From NCBI RefSeq assembly GCF_006345805.1, contig NW_021834887.1:1-47992 (forward strand): a stretch of DNA of 47,992 nucleotides, read 5' to 3'. The notes under the pieces were generated by a model, which saw nothing but the letters and a program-made list of their open reading frames with translations, did not search any database and was not told the DNA's origin. Origin of the DNA: Octopus sinensis. Taxonomy: Eukaryota. The position numbers and the translations under genes are program-made. This document shows positions 38,829-47,992 of this stretch, in pieces (within the stretch, counting starts at the first letter, position 1; every line of letters begins with the position of its first letter).

Positions 38829-39191
38829 TTTTTACCTCCGCCTTCGCTAAGGCGGAGTTATTGTTTTCAGTCATGTTAGTTTGTTTGCTTTGTTTGTCTG
38901 TGGACAAGATATCTCAAGAATCGCTGGGTGGATTCGGATGAAAATTTTAGGGATGATTGGCATTGTGACTGGCACGAACTGATTAGATTTTGGGATCGAT
39001 CCGGTACCGGACAAGGATTCTGAATTTTTTTCTGGTCTTTTACTTAATTTATGAGAGCGGTCGTGTTCATTTTTAGTATTCTCGTTTGTGAGAGCAGTCG
39101 AGTTTATTTCACATATTCGCATTTTAAAAATCATCTTTGGCTAATCGTTGAGAGGACGCTGGTGTTGCCTTGGCGGAGGTTTGTGCTCTAG
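38829..39191 (+). mobile_element. Non-autonomous element with subterminal inverted repeats (Helentron/HINE-like architecture)
   Basis: acctccgcc at the 5' end and ggcggaggt at the 3' end; 5' hairpin ctccgcctt-cgct-aaggcggag; gttt/gtct repeat near the 5' end. Confidence 0.55.
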
Positions 39192-39350
39192 TATGTATAT
39201 ATATTTTTTATTACGAATGCAAAACAACACCACTGAGGAATCAACGTAAGATTGAATAATAAACCGCGATAGGTGAATCGCTATATGGTGAGGGATTACT
39301 GTATTTAAATTTCTTTGCTTACAAATATCTTATTTACGAATTATTATTTT

Positions 39351-40646
39351 GTTTTTATCACAGGTTTTGTTGAAGCGCCCCCTGAAGTCTTGCATGCATA
39401 GCGGGCTTGCTACCTACAGCGTACGGGACCATGCTATTCGTTCTTTCCAGGTATCTAATACTTTCCTGATTATTCTGGCCGTGCCAAGCAGGCAAACCTT
39501 TTGTAACAGTTCCACTGGGCACTCTATTCCAATTTCCTTTATATTCCTCTTGATGCCTTCTGATACTGTTCCCAAGGATCCAACAATAATTTGCATTATC
39601 TGCACCTTCTTCCGTTTCCACAGCCGGGTTAAGAGGGTTGTATTTATCTAACTTTTCGCTTTCCTTCTGGACTATTCGGGGAACAAAGGGGCATGCAACT
39701 TCAACTATATAGAATATGTGGTACATGTCGTCCACCACCACTAGGTCCGGTCTGTTCTGCTCTAGCCCCTGATCTGTTGGATTGGGAAATACCAAGGGAT
39801 TTTGCTAGTCTCCAGTTCCACTACTCTGTACAGTTTGTGTCCATATCAAGTCTTGCCTCTCTCTAGCCCCCACTTTTCACACTTTCGCTACCTGATTGTG
39901 TCGTCACCCCTTGTAGTGGTTTTGGAAAGTCTAGGGCATTCGATCGTGATATGGTCAATGGTTTCATCCACTCTATTGCAGATGCAGCACAGCGGTTTGA
40001 CCCTCCAGTTCGTGACCAGATCGTGGTTTTGAGCTACCGCTATAGTACTCTCGGTCTCTTTTTTTAGGGTTCCTTTCATCAGCGAATCCTACCTATTTTT
40101 TCCAGCAACTTCTCTAGTAGCTACATATAATTGATTGTGTAGTCCCCTGCGTAATTCTTCTTCATATCCTTTTTCCCCTTCATCCTTTGTTTTCCATTTT
40201 TACTCTGCTCTCAATAATCCCTCGTTCCAATCTATCACTAAAAAGGTTTCCTCACTTTGGGCTAGGCATCTCATTAAGCTCTCGAGTTCGATACGCACGC
40301 AGTCTTCCATACTCACCGGTCCCCTTCCTCCATTTGCTCTTTTCATGTATAGGCAATCAGTGTCTGCACGTGGATGATGGGCTCCATGCATCGTTAGGAG
40401 CTTTCTTGACTTTCAATCCATCTCCTTTAGCTCCTCTGTCCACTTCGGGATTCCAGCACCATAGCGAACTACTATGACTGTTCGTGAGTTTATTGCCGAA
40501 ATGCTTCTAGCATTCAGCTTTGAAGTCAATATTTTTCTCATTTGCCGCAAGTACTCTCCTTTTGTCTTTTCCTTTATGATGTGGTGTTTGATTCTATCTG
40601 CCTCAAGTATTGCCAGGTTGAATTGCCTTCATTATTTCACCTCGAG
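39351..40646 (-). mobile_element. RLE non-LTR retrotransposon (R4/Dong-like), copy A, 5'-truncated
   Basis: HHPRADTDCLYMKRANGGRG, CCICNRVDETIDHITIECP (CCHC knuckle), NRPDLVVVD..IVEVACPF..QKESEKLDKY (RLE), IIVGSLGTV..LLQKVCLLGTARIIRKVL. Confidence 0.9.
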
Positions 40647-40647
40647 T

Positions 40648-40674
40648 TTATTATTATTATTATTATTATTGTTG

Positions 40675-40737
<63 letters not shown>
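40648..40737. repeat. (TTA)n tract between RLE copies A and B
   Basis: Visible directly. Equivalent tracts lie at 42747-42813, 43272-43357 and 43801-about 43897. Confidence 0.95.
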
Positions 40738-40739
<2 letters not shown>

Positions 40740-42745
40740 TTTGTACAGATTCTAACGCTGGAAATGTACTACCGTGTCAGCTGTTCGCTACCAGTGTACT
40801 AAGGTAATTCCCCTTATTTTTCGAGCACCTTCCGGAGTTTTCGAGCGGTTCCAAGCAGTGCTGTTTTCTGCAAGTGTTCCAACCTTATTGTAGCCCTATC
40901 TGTTCCATGTATTTGATTTTTTTACACACTGTTCCCAGGGCTCCGACAATTATTGGTACCACTACCACCTTTTTCATTAATCACAATTTCTTTACCTCCC
41001 AAGCTAACCTATCATATCTATCGACTTTTCTTTCTTTGGCTAATCGTTGAGAGGACGCTGGTGTTGCCTTGGCCTAGGTTTGTGCTCTAGTATGTATATA
41101 TATTTTTTATTACGAATGCAAAACAACACCACAGAGGAATCGACGTAAGCTTGAATAATAAACCGCGATAGGTGAATCGCGATATGGTGAGGGATTACTG
41201 TATTTAAATTATCGCATACCTTCTTGTCAGCTGGGTATGCTATATCTATGATCCAGCATAGTTTGGTTTCTTTCTCTATTAAGACTATGTCTGACTTCCT
41301 ATTCTCTGTCTTATGGTCACACTGAATCATAAAATCCCACGGGATCTTTGCATTATCATTTTCGATTATGCCTTCGGTGTTGTGGTCGTACCAATTATTT
41401 CTCTGTGAAGTCCATACTTGTTGCAAAGTTTGCAATGGACAAGCCTTGCTATATTGTCGTGGCGTCTCTTATATTCCTTCAGGGTTAGTGGCATACATTG
41501 GCTGGTAATATGCCATACGGTTTCACCGTTTTGTCTACAAATTCTGCATTTATCACTTTCTGATGTGTTGTTTACTCTGTATTTTATGTAGTTTATTCTT
41601 TGTGCTTGCTCTTGGACAGCACAGATTAGAGCCTCCGTTTTAAATCATTATATGTCATCCACAGCCATCATTTTTCTCTGTCTGTCTTATCTTTAACATC
41701 CCTATAAAATTGTCCATGCATTCTTTTCTTTACCAATCTATTTTCAGTTTCAATCGTTTTCAATTGATTGTACAATGCTTTATCTTTGCAATCTTTCATC
41801 CTACACAAGGCTGACCTTCTTACTTCTCATAATAGCGTTTCTGTGGCATTTTTTTACATACCATTCTATGTTGTTTTCTTCTGTTGTAATGCTGTGTTCG
41901 CATCCAATAAGTCCTCTTCCCCCTCTTTTTCTTGGTACATACAGTCTGCCTGTGTCACTTTTTGGGTAGAGTGTCCCATATCTAGTTAGCAACTTCCTTG
42001 TCTTTCTGTCTAAGCTGCTTAGTTCGTCTACTGTCCATGCGATCACCCATGCTCCATATCTAAGGAGTGAAACTGCCCAGGTGTTGACAGCTTCAATCTT
42101 ATTCTGTCCATTTAATTTCAACTTAAGGATCAGTCTCAGTCTGCGCAAGTACTCCACTTGAAACTTTTCTGTAGTTTCTTTCTCCATCAATTCATCCATT
42201 TCCAAAATTCCCAAATACTTATAGCCCGTCTCTTCTATCTGCTCCATAACCTCCCCCGACGGTATCGATAGCCCGTCCATACATTTGATTTTGCCTCTCT
42301 TCAAGACTAACACACCACACTTTCTCAGTCCGAACTCCATTCTGACATCAGCACTGAAAATATACATCGTATCAACGAGGGAATTGACTTGGGTTTCATC
42401 TTTATCATAAAGTTTGAGATCATCTATGAATAACGAATGGTTGCCTTTTTGTTGGCGGCTTTTGAATACATACCCAGCTTTTGCTTTCCTCAGCATCAGT
42501 GTTAGTGGTATCAAGCACAGTACAAAGATCAGTGAGAACGGGCAGCCCTCCTGGAAGATGCCCCTCCTGATTTCTACTGTCCCTAAACTTCTTCCGTATG
42601 CTCTTAGGGCCGTCCTCCAATTCGCCATACTTTTTCCAAGCAATCGCTCAAAATTCCATTATCCAAGTGATCTTATCGTACGCCTTACGATAGTCGGTCC
42701 ATGACATGGCTAAGTTACTTTTCCTCCTCTTGAAGTCTCTAAGTA

Positions 42746-42746
<1 letters not shown>
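40738..42746 (-). mobile_element. RLE non-LTR retrotransposon (R4/Dong-like), copy B, truncated within RT
   Basis: WTDYRKAYD, RRGIFQ, NHSLFIDDLKLY, YKYLGILE, LYVPRKRGGRGLIGCE, a CCHC region, IPWDFMIQCDH..KSDIVLIEK..IIDIAYP, and PIIVGALGTV..LQKTALLGTARKLRKVLEK*. Confidence 0.92.
41033..41210 (+). repeat. 178-bp locally templated insertion copied from 39134-39311
   Basis: Collinear with about 6 substitutions. It interrupts the RLE domain of copy B between ...KKVCD and KE.KVDRY. Confidence 0.9.
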
Positions 42747-42813
<67 letters not shown>

Positions 42814-42814
<1 letters not shown>

Positions 42815-43271
42815 TTTTTTTTTCTTCTTTCAAATTTGCTTCCATTTCTTGCCGAGTGTCTTCCCGACTCCTAGGGCAAAGAAACTCATAGTATACATTG
42901 GTAGGCCATTAAACCAAACTCAATAGTCGTTCATTTTTTGAAATTTTTGTTTTTTAAGTTATATTAAAATACATGAGCAGCAACAGTTCTCACATCGACA
43001 ATGCTCTTCTCAATACGTGTGATGTACCAGTTAAGACAATCTTTTGCACTTCTTGCAGGGATGGTAAGCCAGGGATCATTCTCATATAATTTTCGGTTCC
43101 CTTCTTGATTATTCCTAGTGCTCCTACGATCACTGGTATTGTAACCGCCTTGAGATGCCACATTTTCTCAATTTCAATGAGTAGGTCTTTATATTTTCTG
43201 AGCTTGTCAAACTCTTTCGCTGAGATATTATGATCACAGGGGATGCTCATGTCGATCAATAAGCAAACTTT
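42814..43271 (-). mobile_element. RLE non-LTR retrotransposon (R4/Dong-like), copy C, 3' end only
   Basis: IDMSIPCDHNISAKEFDKLRKYKDLLIEIEKMWHLKAVTIPVIVGALG...QKIVLTGTSHVLRRALSM* plus 3' UTR. Confidence 0.9.
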
Positions 43272-43277
43272 TTATTA

Positions 43278-43308
<31 letters not shown>

Positions 43309-43357
43309 TTTTTTTTTTTTTATAATTATTATTATTATTATCATTATTATTATTATT

Positions 43358-43798
43358 GTTCAGTAGTTTTATTTTTATAGCGTGCTTTCACTTCACTACC
43401 GAGCGCAGCTCTGTGTGCCTTGGGTATGTGCTGTGATTTGTTGTGATGCTCTGATGGTTATTGTATGGAAAGCGTTCTGCGTAGGATGTGTGCAGTGCCT
43501 AGTAGTGCAATTTTCTGTATGTTATATGTGTTTGTAAGTCCTGGTGTTTTTGTTATGTATTTGTCTGAATATTTTTTTATCATGCCTAATGCACCTACTA
43601 TGATAGGAATTGTTTCTGTTTTCAGGTTCCACATTCTAGTTACCTCTATTTCCAGGTCTTTGTATTTTGAGAGTTCCTCCATTTCTTTTAGAGACACGTT
43701 GTCATCTGTCGGTATTGATACATCAATTAGAAAGCATTTTTTTTCTTCATGATCTCTGACAACTATATCTGGTCTGTTGGCCTTAATTTCTCTATCTG

Positions 43799-43800
<2 letters not shown>
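43358..43800 (-). mobile_element. RLE non-LTR retrotransposon (R4/Dong-like), copy D, 3' end only
   Basis: RPDIVVRDHEEKKCFLIDVSIPTDDNVSLKEMEELSKYKDLEIEVTRMWNLKTETIPIIVGALG...QKIALLGTAHILRRTLSIQ* plus 3' UTR. Confidence 0.9.
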
Positions 43801-43852
<52 letters not shown>

Positions 43853-44207
43853 TATTATTATTATTGTTGTTGTTATTATTAGTAGTAGTATTGTTATTTT
43901 ATATTAGTTTTGTCTATATTATATTTTACGAATCTTGGAAACAAGTGGCGCTTAGCGTTTAATAATTATTAACTGCTAAGCACCACTTGATTCCCCGAAT
44001 CCGAATTTTCTCTATATATTGTGCGTAAGAGATGTGATTAATTACAACAAGCTATCGCGTTAATTAAAACAAAGTTAAATGTATCATGTGTGGGAATTTT
44101 AAAATGATCTACACGTTTCTGTATAACAACGACTTGCAATAATTTTTATGAAAGCAATCTTTTAATTATGACGTTATTAAAAATATTTCAATATAAAAAT
44201 TGCTTAC

Positions 44208-44296
44208 TTCAATTCTTCTTCTGGGATATATCGTGCATTTACAAGAGAAACTAGCACCATGCCAACAATGCTAAGTATTAAAATGTGTCGTGTCAT
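44208..44296 (-). CDS. PTH-like precursor first coding exon, signal peptide: MTRHILILSIVGMVLVSLVNA-RYIPEEEL(K)
   Basis: Acceptor cttctctcatttgatttcag directly precedes ATG; donor GAA|GTAAGC; 89 bp, ending phase 2. Basic N-region, hydrophobic core and V-N-A cleavage motif. The phase matches all downstream exons. Confidence 0.85.
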
Positions 44297-45203
44297 CTGA
44301 AATCAAATGAGAGAAGACATAAATGATGTGAAATGGATATGAAATTCCAGCACGCAAAGCGTCAATTATGCGATTATTAACAAACATGAAAAACATTAAA
44401 CCGTTCAAAAAGTAATTTCTTAATATGCACCGTTCTTCTTTCCAAGGATTCTATTAACGTTACTTGTATTTAACCCTGGAAGAAATTCCGGTAAATATTC
44501 TATATATTTCAGCCATCAAAATGAAACCAGCGGATACCTTATCACAATAATCAGTGTTGACATATAGCAAGTAGTAATTACTTAATTATCCTTACATTAG
44601 ATTGGCCCCAGAGAAATGCTTCTGTCAAATGGAATCATAATCTGAAATCACTTGCCTATTCTCAAGAACAATTCCCCAAACGAGTTACTTATTGCCTTTT
44701 CCTGTTGCCTGGATTAACATTTTTGTTTGGATATCAACAGAACATGGGCCCTTTGATTCGGCAAAAGTACTAAAGTCTACTGAGGTCAACAATGTAGAAG
44801 TCGTTATTGTTGTTTAGTCCCAGAAGATCCGTGATTGAACTGGCCTACGATCAAACGCATTCCAGCAGCGATATAGAGTTGCTACATCTAGTAAACCTGT
44901 CGAGCACGTAGACGTTCCGTTTGCTGGCTCAAATTATACATGAGCCGGTGCAATGGAAGAATATTGTTGAACGATGCAAAAGCACTAAAATACTGACGGA
45001 TTTATCTTTGATTTTACACATTCTGGACATTGTCATATGAAACTGGCAGGAGACAGGGTCATCTTAGGCTGAACAAATAAGTGTAACATTCGTTCGAATG
45101 ATTATAACCACGTATCAACGTACACTTGAAGTCACACGTCATGTATCCGTAAATATTTGTATGTGTGCGTGTACAGTGTGTATGTGAGTGTATGTATGTA
45201 TGT

Positions 45204-45572
45204 GGATGGAAGCACTCCGTCGGTTACGACGATGAGGGTTCCGGTTGATCCGAATCAACGGAACAGCCTGCTCGTGAAATTAACGTGTAAGTGGCTGAGC
45301 ACTCCACAGACACGTGTACCCTTAACGTAGCGTGACACAGAGAGTGACAAGGCCGGCCCTTTGAAATACAGGTACAACAGAAACAGGAAGTAAGAGTGAG
45401 AGAAAGTTGTGGTGAAAGAGTACAGCAGGGATCACCACCATCCCCTGCCGGTGCCTCGTGGAGCTTTAGGTGTTTTCGCTCAATAAACACTCACAACGCC
45501 CGGTCTGGGAATCGAAACCGCGATCCTATGACCGCGAGTCCGCTGCCCTAACCACTGGGCCATTGCGCCTCC
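45204..45572 (-). mobile_element. tRNA-derived SINE (family 3)
   Basis: Minus-strand head ggaggcgcaatggcccagtggttagggcagcggactcgcggtcataggatcgcggtttcgattccc with A and B boxes, followed by a non-tRNA body. Confidence 0.8.
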
Positions 45573-46135
45573 ATGTATGCATGTATGTATGTATGTATGT
45601 ATGTATTATGTATGTATGTATTATGTATGTATGTATGTATGTATGTATGTATGTATGTATGTATGTATGTATGTGTCGATCTGTATTCTCATGCATATAG
45701 TTGCATATCTGGACATGCTTATATACATTTAAATGATAAACTTATGGAAAGTTTTATAGATTTTTGCACTTCCAATGATGGATTAGATCTGTAGTCTTTC
45801 TCCTTCCAGGAGGTGCACATTTATGTGTGTATGTGTGGTTATAGTAAAGCGTACCCGTTCCATTCTCTTCATATCTATCCTATTTTCGGAATGAGAGTGA
45901 ATACTCGAAACTTAAATAGTACATTTTCCCATTTCCTGAGCAGCAAGCTATACTAACTTTGTGTCAATTTTTATCTTGTCTCCATGTTGAATTTTTTATA
46001 ACCTTCTATAGGTAGACACACAAACACATACACACAATACACACACATATATATACACTTACACACACCCACACACACACAACACAACACACCACAACAC
46101 ACACACACACATATAATATATATATATAATATATA

Positions 46136-46500
46136 TCTCTATATAAACGGCAGTTTGTCTGTGCGTGTTTCTGTGTGTCTGTTTGCTTGTACCCTCACCC
46201 TGACCACGGCTTTCAACGATTCTGATGAAACTTGACACACACATAGCCCATGTCATAATTCAAAACTAACGACGCGAAAATTTTGAAAATTCCCCCAGTT
46301 CTGAAAAAATCGATAAATTCGACATGGGGTCGAGAATCAGAAACACGAACCACGAACTGTGTAGGGGACGCAACTCCACCTTTTTTAACTATCAAAAAAA
46401 ATTTACCATCATTTTTTGCTGTTTTTTGGCTATAACTCTCTAAAAATGCTTTATAGTTATTTCCCTTACAAACCAGAGCAACGCCGGGCGATACTGCTAG
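46136..46500 (+). mobile_element. Non-autonomous Helitron, copy 1
   Basis: 5' TC after A; 3' gagcaacgccgggcgatactgCTAG before T; no TSD. Confidence 0.75.
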
Positions 46501-46545
46501 TATATACATATATATACTTACACACATCTATATATTCAGAGAGAC

Positions 46546-46579
46546 AAAAAGATAGATAGATAAATAAATAGATAGATAA

Positions 46580-46665
<86 letters not shown>
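46546..46665. repeat. (GATA)n microsatellite
   Basis: Visible directly. Confidence 0.97.
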
Positions 46666-46667
<2 letters not shown>

Positions 46668-47089
46668 CGTCATAAATTTAAGCATTACATATATGTTTTG
46701 AAATTGCTGAAACTTTTATACATAAAACATATACTGGAGACATGTATGCTAGTAGACTAACACGGTGAAATCAAATATACATAACGTATATCTATAATAA
46801 ATAATGTTTGAAGATTCCATTTATTAATGTATAATCAATTATTTTTTCTTTCATTTCGTCTCTAGGTGTTCGAGTGTACAACTTATATTAATAAGAGAAA
46901 GGTATTTATGTTGCATAATTATTCAATAATGAGTATAACCTTTTGGGAACGGCAAACTTCTAAGCATGTGTGTTTATATTTAGAATGAACTGAAATTGTG
47001 CAGTTTAGATTGATAGGAAAGCAGATTATTAAATTGATCAATCCAGTAATCAGCATGTGTGTTTATATGAATAATGTGTATTATATATA

Positions 47090-47470
47090 TCTCTCTTTAT
47101 ATAAACGGCAGTTTGTCTGTGCGTGTTTCTGTGTGTCTGTTTGCTTGTACCCTCACCCTGACCACGGCTTTCAACGATTCTGATGAAACTTGACACACAC
47201 ATAGCCCAATGTCATAATTCAAAACTACGCAGCGAAAATTTTGAAAAGTTCACCCAGTTCTGAAAAAAATCGATAAATTCGACATGGGGTCGAGAATCAG
47301 AAACACAAACCGCAAACTGTCTAGGGAACGCAACTCCACCTTTTTTTACTCTCAAAAAAATTTACCATCATTTTTTTCCATTTTTTTTCTATTTTGTGGC
47401 TATAACTCTCTAAAAATGCTTTATAGTTATTTCCCTTACAAACCTGAGCAACGCCGGGCGATACTGCTAG
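47090..47470 (+). mobile_element. Non-autonomous Helitron, copy 2
   Basis: Collinear with 46136-46500; same TC...CTAG termini at an A/T site; flanks differ. Confidence 0.75.
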
Positions 47471-47499
47471 TATGTATATATATATATATATATATATAT

Positions 47500-47640
47500 A
47501 GGCGCACGCATGGCTGTGTGGTAAGGAGCTTGCTTCCCAACCACATGTACCGCGTTCAGTCCCACTGCGTGACACCTTGGTTCAACTAAAGTCGGTGCTC
47601 CAGCATGCCTGCAATCAAATGACTGAAACAAATACAGGAA
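47500..47640 (+). mobile_element. Internally deleted SINE family 1 copy
   Basis: Head (ggcgcacgcatggctgtgtggtaag...ttcagtcccactgcg) joined directly to the tail (cggtgctccagcatg...aaatgactgaaaca). Confidence 0.75.
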
Positions 47641-47650
47641 ATGCATAAAA

Positions 47651-47694
<44 letters not shown>

Positions 47695-47956
47695 TAATAT
47701 ATATATTCTAATGCTCTTCTGATAAAATATCAATCGATGGAACAATTGGAAAATATGCATTAAAATTAATTGCTATTATTTAACCTCACGGAAAGAAGAG
47801 AATTTTAGATCAACGCTAATAATCGACTCCTAAACTGTAATTATTATATTAAGACCGGAAAACTAAAGGCAAAATAGACTTCGAAGGTATTTATATAATA
47901 TATATATATATATATTATATATATATATATATTATATATATATATATATATATACA

Positions 47957-47992
<36 letters not shown>

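Noticed and set aside
41801-42643. 280-aa RT ORF as an active retrotransposon or host gene
   Set aside because: 5'-truncated, with damaged motifs and downstream frameshifts plus an insertion; it is a dead copy.

Overview
AT-rich eukaryotic genomic DNA dense in microsatellites and transposons. The SINE, MITE and LINE content resembles what I recall from Octopus genomes, so a coleoid cephalopod is likely (inference, not searched). The main result, absent from the ORF track as a gene, is a spliced minus-strand neuropeptide precursor gene of the parathyroid-hormone-like (iPTH / PXXXamide) family spanning about 44.3 to 17 kb. It has a signal-peptide exon (44296-44208), three paralogous peptide exons (33965-33852, 32933-32814, 25927-25829) and a C-terminal exon (18223-18106). 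All coding introns are phase 2, and each peptide's Gly-Lys-Arg/Lys amidation and cleavage signal is supplied by the next exon. The two Cys-containing peptide exons look like mutually exclusive cassettes. The remainder of the window contains: a 2.5-kb tandem duplication; mariner, Tc1 and DD37D-like DNA transposon relics; RTE and RLE (R4/Dong-like) LINE fragments, four of them stacked head-to-tail in (TAA)n tracts; tRNA-derived SINEs; non-autonomous Helitrons; foldback MITEs; a helically phased A/T-tract satellite; degenerate minimal hammerhead-like motifs; and many simple repeats. No rRNA, true tRNA gene or CRISPR array was seen. All calls come from manual reading; no database search was run.
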